Origin: Terriglobales bacterium
GTDB lineage: Bacteria; Acidobacteriota; Terriglobia; Terriglobales; SCQP01
Assembly (NCBI GenBank): GCA_050745425.1
Contig: JBOGKK010000014.1
Span: 1 to 46,176, forward strand
Direction: 5' to 3'
DNA: 46,176 nucleotides
Shown piece by piece: positions 1 through 9,471 of the stretch. Made by a program: the position numbers and the translations under genes. The notes below the pieces were generated by a model. It made no database searches. It was given only the letters and a program-made list of their open reading frames with translations, and was not told where the DNA came from. The stretch's first letter is position 1, and each line of letters opens with the position of its first letter.

Positions 1-654
1 TTCGACACCCGCGTGCTCGTCGATGTGCTGCTCGACGACGCCAGCCGCCCCGGCGCGCATGACTTTGGCCGCTCCATTCTTCCCGCCATGACCAAAGACC
101 GGCGCGTCTGGGCCTACGATTTCTACAGCAATCGCCTGCCCGTGCATCACGGCTACGGTCATGAACAGCCCTACTGGCGCGACGTGGGTACCCTCTCCGC
201 CTACTTTGAAGCCAATATGGATTTGCGCAGCGTCACCCCCGAGTTGAACTTGTTCAACTGGTCGTGGCCGATCATGAGCGCCAACTTCAATCAGCCTCCC
301 GCCAAATTCGTTTTTGACGAGCCTGGGCGCCGCGGCCTGGCCCTGCAATCGCTGATTTCCGGCGGGTGCATTCTGGCCGGAGGATTCGTCAAAGATTCCG
401 TGCTCGGCCACAACGTCGTGGTCGATGAAGGCGCAGAAGTGACCGAATGCGTGCTGATGGATAACGTTGTGATCGGCCGCGGTGCGCGCCTGCATCGCGC
501 GATTGTCGACAAAAATGCCCACATCGCTCCCGGCGATACCGTCGGTCTCGATCCGGCACACGATCAGGAAATGGGCCGTACGCGCGACCCCAGCGGCATT
601 ACCGTCGTTGCCAAGGCTCCGGACACCCCCGAGAGCCGCGTGCGCTACCGGTGA
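1..654 (+). CDS. glgC: glucose-1-phosphate adenylyltransferase, C-terminal part (5' end cut by the window)
   Basis: Frame 1 is open from the window edge. The translation contains YWRDVGTLSAYFEANMDL, PPAKFVFDE and SLISGGCILAG, plus the beta-helix-like C-terminus typical of ADP-glucose pyrophosphorylase. Stop TGA at 652-654. Confidence 0.9.
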   Translation, partial: FDTRVLVDVLLDDASRPGAHDFGRSILPAMTKDRRVWAYDFYSNRLPVHHGYGHEQPYWRDVGTLSAYFEANMDLRSVTPELNLFNWSWPIMSANFNQPPAKFVFDEPGRRGLALQSLISGGCILAGGFVKDSVLGHNVVVDEGAEVTECVLMDNVVIGRGARLHRAIVDKNAHIAPGDTVGLDPAHDQEMGRTRDPSGITVVAKAPDTPESRVRYR

Positions 655-1172
655 GCGGTTTCTCGCTCACTCTGCGCTAAATTCCGGATAAACGAGATCA
701 TGTCGGGTGAAGTCCAGTTGGCCGCGCTCACCAGCTTGCGCACCAGCCGGCCGTCGGGATCGATGATGTAGGTTTCCGGAATCTGACGCGTGCCATAGCG
801 ATGCATCAAGTCCTGGGTGGGATCGCGGGCGGTCGGGTAGTGAATGTGATAGCGCGTGAGAAAGGTCCGGTACGCAACCGGATCTTCATCGATCGACACT
901 CCCAGAACAACCACCTTACCCTGCGGAAACTGCTGCGCCATGGCGTTCAGCGCCGGTGTTTCCTCGATGCACGGCGGGCACCAGCTCGCCCAGAAATTCA
1001 GCACCAGCACCCGGCCGCGAAAACTGGCGAGGGTGATTTTTTTGCCGTTGAGCAGGGTGAGGTGAAAGTCCGGAACGGTCTGGCCCAGGCGTGCGCGCGA
1101 GGAGCAACCTGCGAGGCCGCCCAGGAAGGCCAGCAGCAGGGCCGCGAGCGCGAGTTGCAGGGTTCGTCGCAA
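645..1172 (-). CDS. TlpA/ResA-family thiol:disulfide oxidoreductase, lipoprotein
   Basis: N-terminal signal peptide with lipobox LAGC. Thioredoxin-fold motif [10 protein letters not shown]. 175 aa. Apparent TTG start. Confidence 0.8.
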   Translation of the reverse strand: MRRTLQLALAALLLAFLGGLAGCSSRARLGQTVPDFHLTLLNGKKITLASFRGRVLVLNFWASWCPPCIEETPALNAMAQQFPQGKVVVLGVSIDEDPVAYRTFLTRYHIHYPTARDPTQDLMHRYGTRQIPETYIIDPDGRLVRKLVSAANWTSPDMISFIRNLAQSERETAHR

Positions 1173-1193
1173 GTCCCAGAATACAATAGTGAT

Positions 1194-1781
1194 ATGGCTA
1201 CGGAATTGGCCCCACCGTCGAATGCCGATTTAGTGCGCTTGTTGCTCGAGCGCCTGGGAGAAGACCCCGGCCGCGAGGGTTTGCGGCAAACTCCGGAGCG
1301 CTACGCCAAAGCGATGGGTTATCTCACCAGCGGCTACCTTGCCGACGTCAAGTCGATATTGAGCAGCGCATTGTTCAGCGTCGATTACGACGAAATGGTC
1401 ATCGTGCGTGATGTCGAGGTGTTCAGCCTCTGCGAGCACCACCTCCTGCCGTTTTTTGGCCGCTGCCATGTCGCTTATCTGCCCAACGGCAAGGTGCTGG
1501 GCCTGAGCAAAATCCCCCGCCTGGTGGACGCCTTTGCCCGCCGCCTGCAGGTCCAGGAGAGATTGACGACGCAAATTGCCGAAACCTTGCAGGAATGGGT
1601 GAACCCGCGTGGGGTTGGCGTCGTGATCGAGGCCCGGCATCTGTGCATGATGATGCGCGGCGTCGAAAAGCAGCATTCCTCGGCGGTGACCAGCCACATG
1701 CTGGGTACGTTCCGCACCAACGCGGAAACCCGAGGCGAGTTTTTATCGCTCATCCGCCACAGCACCCCAGAACGGAACTGA
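1194..1781 (+). CDS. folE: GTP cyclohydrolase I
   Basis: ATG at 1194 lies in frame within the long 801-1781 ORF. The translation MATELAPP...[13 protein letters not shown]...CEHHLLPF...HLCMMMRGV carries the FolE type I signature regions. The upstream part of the ORF overlaps the tlpA-like gene and was discarded. Confidence 0.9.
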   Translation: MATELAPPSNADLVRLLLERLGEDPGREGLRQTPERYAKAMGYLTSGYLADVKSILSSALFSVDYDEMVIVRDVEVFSLCEHHLLPFFGRCHVAYLPNGKVLGLSKIPRLVDAFARRLQVQERLTTQIAETLQEWVNPRGVGVVIEARHLCMMMRGVEKQHSSAVTSHMLGTFRTNAETRGEFLSLIRHSTPERN

Positions 1782-1849
1782 CTCCCCCCGTTTGCGGGAT
1801 ACCGCGCGCCCCGCCGAACCTCTAATCTGGTCCCCATTCCGGGCATTGC

Positions 1850-4800
1850 ATGCGGAATTGGGCCTACTGTATCGCTGTCCTTTCGTTATTGCTGGGGAGA
1901 GCCTGGCCACAAACCCCCAACTGGGTTGCGGCTGCTCCCGTACAGCTCAGCCGGGGTGCGACCGCGCCCGTTTTGCTTGCCGGCCCCCTGAACGCGCTGG
2001 CTGTCACCACCGGCGCCAGCGGTAATCCAATCATCCTCGCCGGTGGCGCAGGCGGAGTCTGGACTTATCAGGCAGGGAAGTGGGCTGCCACCAGCGAAGG
2101 TGTGCCGGTTACCGCGCTGGCCGTGGATGCTCAGGGCGTTGTGTACGCAGGAACGCAGGACGGCATCGTGAGCAACCATGGCGGTACAGATTGGTCAGCG
2201 CTGCCGGCCGCCGAGGTGAGCGGGGTGCCCATTCGCTCGCTTGCGGTTGTCGACGGTCAACTGCAGGCGCTCACGCCATCCGGGTTCTTCATCTCGAGCG
2301 ATGGCGGTGCACAATGGACAGCGGTGCAGACCGGCGATTTTTCGAGCGTGGCCGTGCAAGGGCAGAACGTACTGCTTGCCGGGACAAGTTCGGTTTTCCT
2401 GCTGAATCCATCTCCTACGCCGGTGACCGGTCTTCCTGCCACCTGGGCACGCGCTGCGGTGGCCGCAGCTCCCGGCAGCGGTTTTTACCTGCTGCTGGCG
2501 AACGCTGACGGCACAGGCTCATTTTGGGATGTGGATACGGCCGGTGTGGCGACACAAGCCTCGACAGTGTCGGGCTTGCAGGGCGAAGCCGGGCTGGCTT
2601 TGATGGTGGACGCGCAAGTGGACGCGAAAGAGGAGATTTGGGCCGGCGGCTCGGGCCTGTGGGTGAGCACGAACGGCGGCGCCAACTGGTCGCCGGAGCC
2701 GATCGGCGGCGCCGGACAGAACGCGATTGTTTCCGACGCCCAAGGGGATGTCTGGGCCGCCGATCAAAATGGCTTGTGGATGGCGATGCCGGGCGGTGCA
2801 TTTGCCAGCGAAAACGCTGGCTTGAGCAATACCGCGCCGCTCGGCTTCGTACTGGGATCGGCGGGCGTAGTTGCCACGCTGGATAGCGGCGCATTCGCGT
2901 ACAGCACTGCAAACGGCTGGACCGAAATCAGCGACGGATTGGATCTCTCCTCCCTGGCCGGACGTGAGGGCACCGTGTACGCCATCGGCAGCAGCGCCCT
3001 GTGGCAGTCCGCGAACCAGGGACAGAGCTGGTCGCCGCTGCCAGTTCCCGGCAACCCGGCCCCAACACCAACTGCGTTGGCCTCGGCGCCCGATGGAATT
3101 TGGATTGGCACCAGCACCGGGGCTCTCATCGCGCCTGACGGCAGCGTCGAGTCAGCCTGCAGCGCGCCCGTGAGCGCCATTACCACCGCCGGCAGCAACG
3201 TCTGGGCGGCCTGCGGCACGACTGTGGTTACCAGCGTGGATGCCGGAGCGGAATGGCAGAATATCGCAGCGCTCCCCTCCCCCGTCGTCGCGCTCGCCGC
3301 TGACGCCACTCAGCCCGGACTGGTGGCGGCTGCCGATTCCTCCGGCGTCGAGGTGTCCTACGATAACGGCAAGACCTGGACGGCCGCGCCGGTGCCCGAC
3401 GACGGTGCCCCCGTTACCGCGCTGGCCTTCGATGCCGGCCAGACCTTGTGGGCGGCAACACTGGGCCGCGGTTTATGGTCGGCCGATTATAGTGTGCCGC
3501 CCGCACAGCCAGAACCACCGGTTATCGTGATTCAGAGCGTTCCCGCCTCGGTGGCGGCGGGAACTCAGGTGCAGATCCAAGCCAGCGTTCAGGTCGCAGG
3601 CACATCCGAACCAGACGCCACACTGCAATACGCGGCCAGCGAAGGCAATGATTCGCTCGCGCCGGTCACGGGGACCCCGAACTTGTTTCAGGCCATTCAT
3701 CCCGGCACGGTTGACGTCCAGGTCTCAGCCACCGGCTCGTATGCCAGTGCGAAACCGGTCATCATTTCGTTTCAAGTCACGACCGCCGCCGCTGCCAAGC
3801 TGGTCGTCATGGGCGGCGCCGGTCAGTCGGGAGCGGTGGGCGATAAGTTGTTGTCGCCGATAGTCCTGGAGGCCGACGACGCCTACGGCAATCCCGTTTC
3901 CGGCGTCACGGTGGCGTTTGCCGGTGGTGCGTTTGCGCCCGCCAGCGCCACTACGGGCGCCAACGGCCAGGTGTCGACAGAATTGACGCTGCCACCCCAG
4001 CCAGGAACGCTGACCTTGACCGCAACCGCGGCCGCGCTTCCGCCGGTATCGTGGCAGGAAACCGCCCATCCGCCTCCCGACTTCTCCCTGATGATCACAG
4101 CGCCGGCTGCTCCGGCGCCGCCTGGCCAGCCGGTCACGCTGACGGTGACGGTCGCTGCGGTGGGAGGATTCGAACAGGCGGTTGCGCTGCTCTGCACGGA
4201 GCCGGCGGCGGGCTGCCAAATTACGCCTTCTACGGTGAATCCCGGTGCCAGTGCAACGATCACGATAGTGGCGGCGAGCAACCAGGCGTCCTTGCCGGTT
4301 TCCATTCTCGGCAGCGCCGGCGCCCTGCAACACATAGCGACAGCCACGCTGGCGCTGCCAGCTTTTTCCATGGCTGCCTCCAGCGCTACACTCAATGTGA
4401 AATCCGGAGGCACAAGCCCACCGCTTTCCCTGCAACTCACCCCACAAAACGGCTTGAGCGGGCCGGTGCAGTTTGTGGTGGCGCTGGACGATGGAAGCCC
4501 ACTGCCGGTGAGTCTGTCGCCTGCGTTTCAGCCCACCGCCGCCGCTCTCCCCGCCAGCGGTGCCGCCGTGCAGGTCCAATTCGCGGTCGCTGCCGCCAGC
4601 GCCGCCACCGGCGCGCTGACAACCAGCCCTGATCGTAGCGCGCCCTGGCTTGGATTAGGCCTGCTCCTGCTGGGCGCCGGCCTGCTGGGCTGGCGGCGCT
4701 CCCGCCGGTGCTGCAATCGCCGTGCGATCGCCGTGGCGGCGTTGGGCCTGCTGCTGGCCGCCTGTGGCGGCGGTCCTGGGCCCGTTGCCACGCCCACGCC

Positions 4801-4903
4801 TGCGCCTGTCGCTCCTCGGATCAGCTCCTATAGCCTGCAAGTGACGGCGACGGTCAATCATCTCACTGCCTCGATTCCGGTGACCCTGACAGTCACTCAG
4901 TAA
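1850..4903 (+). CDS. large secreted BNR/Asp-box repeat (beta-propeller) protein with bacterial Ig-like domains and C-terminal membrane segments
   Basis: Signal peptide MRNWAYCIAVLSLLLGRAWPQ. At least six S-x-D/N-x-G-x-x-W Asp-box motifs: SSDGGAQWTAV, STNGGANWSPE, SANQGQSWSPL, SVDAGAEWQNI, SYDNGKTWTAA, SNHGGTDWSAL. Big_2/Big_1-like stretches follow. A hydrophobic helix plus RRSRR lies near the C-terminus. Confidence 0.75.
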   Translation: MRNWAYCIAVLSLLLGRAWPQTPNWVAAAPVQLSRGATAPVLLAGPLNALAVTTGASGNPIILAGGAGGVWTYQAGKWAATSEGVPVTALAVDAQGVVYAGTQDGIVSNHGGTDWSALPAAEVSGVPIRSLAVVDGQLQALTPSGFFISSDGGAQWTAVQTGDFSSVAVQGQNVLLAGTSSVFLLNPSPTPVTGLPATWARAAVAAAPGSGFYLLLANADGTGSFWDVDTAGVATQASTVSGLQGEAGLALMVDAQVDAKEEIWAGGSGLWVSTNGGANWSPEPIGGAGQNAIVSDAQGDVWAADQNGLWMAMPGGAFASENAGLSNTAPLGFVLGSAGVVATLDSGAFAYSTANGWTEISDGLDLSSLAGREGTVYAIGSSALWQSANQGQSWSPLPVPGNPAPTPTALASAPDGIWIGTSTGALIAPDGSVESACSAPVSAITTAGSNVWAACGTTVVTSVDAGAEWQNIAALPSPVVALAADATQPGLVAAADSSGVEVSYDNGKTWTAAPVPDDGAPVTALAFDAGQTLWAATLGRGLWSADYSVPPAQPEPPVIVIQSVPASVAAGTQVQIQASVQVAGTSEPDATLQYAASEGNDSLAPVTGTPNLFQAIHPGTVDVQVSATGSYASAKPVIISFQVTTAAAAKLVVMGGAGQSGAVGDKLLSPIVLEADDAYGNPVSGVTVAFAGGAFAPASATTGANGQVSTELTLPPQPGTLTLTATAAALPPVSWQETAHPPPDFSLMITAPAAPAPPGQPVTLTVTVAAVGGFEQAVALLCTEPAAGCQITPSTVNPGASATITIVAASNQASLPVSILGSAGALQHIATATLALPAFSMAASSATLNVKSGGTSPPLSLQLTPQNGLSGPVQFVVALDDGSPLPVSLSPAFQPTAAALPASGAAVQVQFAVAAASAATGALTTSPDRSAPWLGLGLLLLGAGLLGWRRSRRCCNRRAIAVAALGLLLAACGGGPGPVATPTPAPVAPRISSYSLQVTATVNHLTASIPVTLTVTQ

Positions 4904-4968
4904 GTTGCCAGCCTGCAAATTGGCTTTGCGGAGAAGCAATTTTTGCGGTAGACTGCACCCCGAGCCTT

Positions 4969-7392
4969 ATGAGGGTCGGCTTTGAGGTCACGGGGACAGA
5001 GTTCGGCCTGGCATGGCGGCGGCTGCGGAAGCGATGGACGATCACCGTACTCGCCGTAGTCACATTGGCGCTCGCGATGGGCGCCAGCACCGTCATGTTC
5101 AGCGTGTCCTACGGGCTCGTGCAGCATCCCCTGCCATTTCCCCGAGCACAGCGGCTGGTCTGGCTGCAGTCGGACACCGCCAGCACCGGCAGGATTGACC
5201 CCGCGGGGCTTTCCGTCCCCGATGTCCTCGATTACCGCGTCCGCACGCACGCGCTCGAGCATGTGGCGGCCTTCGAAGTCTCCAGTTCCACCATGGTGGG
5301 GCGCGGTCAGCCCGAGCACGTCCGCTTCGCTGAGGTTTCCGGAGATTTCTTCCCCGCTTTGGCGGTGCCGCCGCTGCTCGGACGCAGCCTGACCCGCCAG
5401 GACGAGATCCCCAGTTTTCCCCGCACGGCCGTGCTCAGTTACGGGCTGTGGCTGCAAAAATATGCGGCCAATCCCGCTGTCATCGGCCGCAGCATCGATC
5501 TCGACCACAGACTCCTGACCGTGGTTGGCGTTATGCCTGCCGGTTTCCGCTATCCTTCCCGTGTGCGCATCTGGCTGCCCGAGCCCATGGCGAGCAGTCC
5601 GTTGCCGTATCGCTATTGGCGCCATGTTTCCGCGATTGCCCGCTTGCGGCCGGGGGTCACGCTGGTGGCTGCCCAGAAGGACATGACGGCGATCGCCTCG
5701 GCTCTGGCGCGTGAATACCCCAAAGATGACAGCGATGTCGGCATTAAGCTGACATCCATGGCGGACCACGTAGCCGGCCCCCTGGCGCCGTCCGTCGACC
5801 TCATGATGGCCGGTGTGCTGCTGGTGCTCGCTCTGGCCTGCGCGAATGTAGGGAATCTCCTGCTGGGTGCGGCCATCACGCGTTGGCCTGAGATTGCGCT
5901 GCAGGTGAGCCTGGGAGCGCGACGGCGGCGTTTGTTCGGGCAATTGCTGGCGGAGGGCCTGCTGCTGGCGGGGCTGGCCGGGGCCGGCGGCTGGTTGCTG
6001 GCCTGGGGCGCTATGCCGCTGGTGCGGCACCTGCAAGGTACGGCGCTACCGCAAATGGCCGATATCGGATTGGACCCTGCGGTGGTGGCGTTTGCGGTTG
6101 GCCTGACCGTGATGATGGCGCTCTGGTTCGCTCTGGCTCCAGCGATAGAACTCTTGCACCCGCATGCGGGGCGGCAACTGGTTCACTCCGCTGGAAATAC
6201 GCGGCGCCGGTCTCGTTTACCCGGAGTACTGGTCGTCGTGGAAGTAGCGATTACCGTCGTTCTCCTGTTGGGCGCCGGATTGTTCTGGCAGACGCTGCGG
6301 CGGCAGCGCTCCAGTAACCCCGGTTTCCGTCCCGCCAGCGTGTTGACCTTCAAAATGACCATGCTGGCCAACAGCTATAAGGAATTAAACCTGGATCTGC
6401 CCTACTACATGCAGCTCAACCAGCGCTTGCAGCAGCTTCCCGGCGTCGTGGCGGCGGGCATGGTCAATATGCTGCCTCTGAGCACGGCGCATGTGTTTGC
6501 CTTCTTTGCCGCGGCAGGCACGGCCGCGACTGCCAGGCCCGAGGAACAACTGCCGGGCGCGGAGCTGTGCTCCACGCTGCCCGGCTATTTCCGCGCCATG
6601 GGCATTCCCCTGCGCGGTCGCGGGTTGCAGCCTTCCGACAACCTCCCCAAATCGCCCTTGGTGGTGGTGATCAGCGCCCACGTCGCACGCGAAGTTTTTG
6701 GCAGCCAGAACCCTCTGGGGCGTTCGCTCGTCATCAAGCGCGCGCGCCACGAGCGTACCGCGCGCGTGGTGGGCGTCGCTGGCGGTGTAGCGCGCCGCTT
6801 GCCCGGTGGTCCGCTGCAGCCAGCGGTTTACCTGCCGCTCAACCGGTTGCAGGTACCTCTGATGAACGCGGTAATACTGACCCGCGGGAATCCCGAGCAA
6901 CTTCTTCCGCAAATTCGCCGTGTTTCCGCTCAACTCAACCCTGACGTGGCCCTGTGGGACGTGGCCACGATGCAGCAGCGCCTCGATCGGGTGATGCTCC
7001 CGATCACCTATCGAACGAACCTGCTGGCTGCTCTGGCGCTGCTGGCGCTATGCCTGGCAGCCGCCGGCTTGTACGGGGTGCTCGCGCACAGCGTCGCCCA
7101 GCAGCGGCACGACATCGGTATCCGGATGGCTCTGGGCGCGAGTGCACAGCGCGTAGGCGGAGCGGTTCTGATCGAGTCGCTGCGCCTCATCGTGGCCGGA
7201 GTTGCCGTGGGGCTATTGGTATTCTGGTGGCTGCAGGGCAGCCTGCGGCAGTCTCTGCACATCGGCGCGCCGGGCGCTCTAACCTGGGTCGCGGTGCCGG
7301 TTCTGGTGCTGCTGGTGGGCGCGGCCGCGACGCTCGTGCCCGCCCGCCGCGCCGCCTCCGTCGATCCGGCGCTTACTCTTCGCCGCGACTGA
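4969..7392 (+). CDS. duplicated FtsX/MacB-like ABC-type permease (ADOP family), no ATPase partner nearby
   Basis: 807 aa. N-terminal TM helix follows WRRLRKRW. There are two MacB-like periplasmic regions, each followed by an FtsX-type 3-4 TM block. This architecture matches the acidobacterial duplicated orphan permease family. Confidence 0.8.
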   Translation: MRVGFEVTGTEFGLAWRRLRKRWTITVLAVVTLALAMGASTVMFSVSYGLVQHPLPFPRAQRLVWLQSDTASTGRIDPAGLSVPDVLDYRVRTHALEHVAAFEVSSSTMVGRGQPEHVRFAEVSGDFFPALAVPPLLGRSLTRQDEIPSFPRTAVLSYGLWLQKYAANPAVIGRSIDLDHRLLTVVGVMPAGFRYPSRVRIWLPEPMASSPLPYRYWRHVSAIARLRPGVTLVAAQKDMTAIASALAREYPKDDSDVGIKLTSMADHVAGPLAPSVDLMMAGVLLVLALACANVGNLLLGAAITRWPEIALQVSLGARRRRLFGQLLAEGLLLAGLAGAGGWLLAWGAMPLVRHLQGTALPQMADIGLDPAVVAFAVGLTVMMALWFALAPAIELLHPHAGRQLVHSAGNTRRRSRLPGVLVVVEVAITVVLLLGAGLFWQTLRRQRSSNPGFRPASVLTFKMTMLANSYKELNLDLPYYMQLNQRLQQLPGVVAAGMVNMLPLSTAHVFAFFAAAGTAATARPEEQLPGAELCSTLPGYFRAMGIPLRGRGLQPSDNLPKSPLVVVISAHVAREVFGSQNPLGRSLVIKRARHERTARVVGVAGGVARRLPGGPLQPAVYLPLNRLQVPLMNAVILTRGNPEQLLPQIRRVSAQLNPDVALWDVATMQQRLDRVMLPITYRTNLLAALALLALCLAAAGLYGVLAHSVAQQRHDIGIRMALGASAQRVGGAVLIESLRLIVAGVAVGLLVFWWLQGSLRQSLHIGAPGALTWVAVPVLVLLVGAAATLVPARRAASVDPALTLRRD

Positions 7393-7400
7393 CGACAGCC

Positions 7401-7522
7401 CCTTAGAGCAAAAACAGCGTCGGTGTAGCAAGCTTCGGGCGATTGCGTGCGGCTTTTCCTGGGGGCAAAGCCGCAGGCGGTACGGTCGGCGATGCTACAG
7501 CAGAGCTGTTTTTGCTCTAAGG
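7401..7522. repeat. 122-nt nested inverted repeat / bidirectional terminator-like structure between convergent genes
   Basis: Outer arms CCTTAGAGCAAAAACAGC (7401-7418) and GCTGTTTTTGCTCTAAGG (7505-7522) pair perfectly over 18 bp. A second tier is TGTAGCA (7424-7430) / TGCTACA (7493-7499). The inner hairpin is GCGGCTTT (7449-7456) / AAAGCCGC (7467-7474). The right arm overlaps the TolC-like stop codon. Confidence 0.6.
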
Positions 7523-9397
7523 TTGCACGTGCGGCATCTGCGTGATCTTGCCGTTCTCGGCATCCAGAATGGAGATGCGATTGTCGACCAGGGTGCGTCC
7601 GGTCAACCGTTCCAGGTTAACTTTGTTCTGGACGTAGGTGCTCTGCGCGCTCACCAGGTTACTTTCGGCTGTTGTGAGGTTGCTCTGGTCGGTCAAAACC
7701 TGGGTCACGGTGGTCGCGCCCAGATCCAGCTTCTTCTGGTCCGCGTCAAGGGTCTCGCGGTTCAGCGTAACTGCATCCTGCGCCGCCAGAATCTGAGCGC
7801 GGCTGGACTGCAGCGCGAACTGCGCTTGTTCGACGCTGATCACGATGTTGTTGATCTGCTGCTGTTGCTGCAGATACGACTGCTGCAACGTGAGTTGCGC
7901 CCGAGCCACGTCGGCCTGCGCACTGCGGTTGCGCAGCGGAATTTGCAGGCTGAAGCCAGCCCGATAGGTGGGGTAGTGACCGCGAAAAATGTCCCCGAAT
8001 GTGCCTCCATAGCTGTTTTGCAGCGCGTTACCGTTGTAGCCCACGTTGAGGTTCAGAGTGGGCAGGAGCTCGTCTTTGGTGGCCTTAAGGCTCATTTCCG
8101 AAATGGCCAAATTGATGCGGGTTTCCGCCAGTTCCGGGCGGTACTGCAGCGCCAGCTTCACCAGATCGCCAACCGGCTGAATCGTCTGCTTCGCCGGCAC
8201 GCTGATCTGGTTGGTGGTGACCACGTCGGCGCCGGCCAGCGCCGGGTTGGCGAGGTTTTTCGTGATGGCGTTTTTCAGCAGGAGGCCGTTGTATTCGAGG
8301 TTGGTCTGATCAGCGATCAGCGTTTCCTGATTGGTGGCCAGATTGGCTTTCGCCTGCGTCACTTGCAGCGGCGCCATGGTGCCGATTTCGACTTGACGCT
8401 GGGTGTCGCTGAGGATTTTCTGTGACAGCGCCACGGCTTCTTCCGCCACCTTTACGGATTCATTTGAGGTCACAACATTCCAGTAAATGTCTTCCACCTG
8501 GGCGACGGTGGCCATCACCTGCTGCGAAAAGGCAATGTCGGCAATCTCGCGGTCATCCTTGGCCTGAATCAGGTTGCGGCTGTTGAGCTCAATGCCAAAG
8601 CCCTGCAACAGGGGCTGGCTGAAGGAAAACGACAGCCCGGAACTGTATTGGGGATTGAACAGAGTCGAGAAGGTGCTGTTGCTGCTGCTGCGCGTGTTGC
8701 TGTAGCCCACGCTCAGCGAACCGCCGGTCAGAAAGCCTTGGTCGTATGTGAAATCGGCGACGCCCGAATGGGCCTGGGTTGAGGGCAGGCCGGTCAGGTT
8801 CGATAGAAACTTCGAGCTCGAGGGTGACACCGCATCGGTGACATTGAAGTTTGCGTCGAGTACCGGATCAAGCTGAGGCACGGCCGGACCTCCACCCAGC
8901 GTCGAGGTCACGATGCCGCCGGCTCCAGCTCCCGCTCCGCCGGCGCCCACGCTGGTGCCGCCTGCGCCGGCACCACTCGCTCCGGCTACGCCGGTCGTGG
9001 CACCGCCGCCGCCGGGCGTGCCGCTCACCACGCCCGTGGACACCCCGCGCGGCGCCGATCCTGCCTTGGCGCGCAAAATGTCGGTATCGGCAATGGGAAG
9101 ATTGTAGCGCTGAATGGCGATATCCAGGTTGTTTTCCAGCGCCAGTGCAATCGCGTCGTCAAGCGACAAATAGAGCTTGCCGCCGCGGATCAGCGACATC
9201 ACGCGCGGACTATTGTTCAACTGCAGCGGTGCGACTGGGATCGGTTTTTGCCCGAACAGGGTTTGGGTCCAGGGCCGCCCGACCGCGAAGTTTATGCCGT
9301 CTGGATTGACATCAATTTTATGAGTTTGTGCGGTGGCGGGAATCACGCCTGCCAACAGCAAACCAAAAACAGGAAGCAACAGCCTGCGGATCATCAT
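7517..9397 (-). CDS. TolC-family outer membrane efflux protein
   Basis: The start is taken at MMIRRLLLPVFGLLLAGVIPATAQ (signal peptide). Two repeats of the long coiled-coil/beta OEP pattern are present (LSLDDAIALALENNLDI..., LVKLALQYRPELAE...). 626 aa. The ORF-track start at 9472 is probably an upstream extension. Confidence 0.85.
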   Translation of the reverse strand: MMIRRLLLPVFGLLLAGVIPATAQTHKIDVNPDGINFAVGRPWTQTLFGQKPIPVAPLQLNNSPRVMSLIRGGKLYLSLDDAIALALENNLDIAIQRYNLPIADTDILRAKAGSAPRGVSTGVVSGTPGGGGATTGVAGASGAGAGGTSVGAGGAGAGAGGIVTSTLGGGPAVPQLDPVLDANFNVTDAVSPSSSKFLSNLTGLPSTQAHSGVADFTYDQGFLTGGSLSVGYSNTRSSSNSTFSTLFNPQYSSGLSFSFSQPLLQGFGIELNSRNLIQAKDDREIADIAFSQQVMATVAQVEDIYWNVVTSNESVKVAEEAVALSQKILSDTQRQVEIGTMAPLQVTQAKANLATNQETLIADQTNLEYNGLLLKNAITKNLANPALAGADVVTTNQISVPAKQTIQPVGDLVKLALQYRPELAETRINLAISEMSLKATKDELLPTLNLNVGYNGNALQNSYGGTFGDIFRGHYPTYRAGFSLQIPLRNRSAQADVARAQLTLQQSYLQQQQQINNIVISVEQAQFALQSSRAQILAAQDAVTLNRETLDADQKKLDLGATTVTQVLTDQSNLTTAESNLVSAQSTYVQNKVNLERLTGRTLVDNRISILDAENGKITQMPHVQP

Positions 9398-9471
9398 GTT
9401 TGGTGTCTCGTAACCGATACGAAATGCTTTGCCCGTGCGTTTCATGCAGGGGAAATTAGAATATAGCAGCA

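Noticed and set aside
801-1193. Upstream 131 codons of the 801-1781 ORF (would extend FolE)
   Set aside because: The extension overlaps the well-supported tlpA-like gene on the other strand and has no FolE similarity. The conserved FolE N-terminus begins at ATG 1194.
4926-4954. Sigma-70-like promoter TTGCGG-N17-TAGACT upstream of the permease gene
   Set aside because: The spacing is plausible, but the hexamers are weak and the promoter would leave only about 8-14 nt of leader. It cannot be supported without transcript data.
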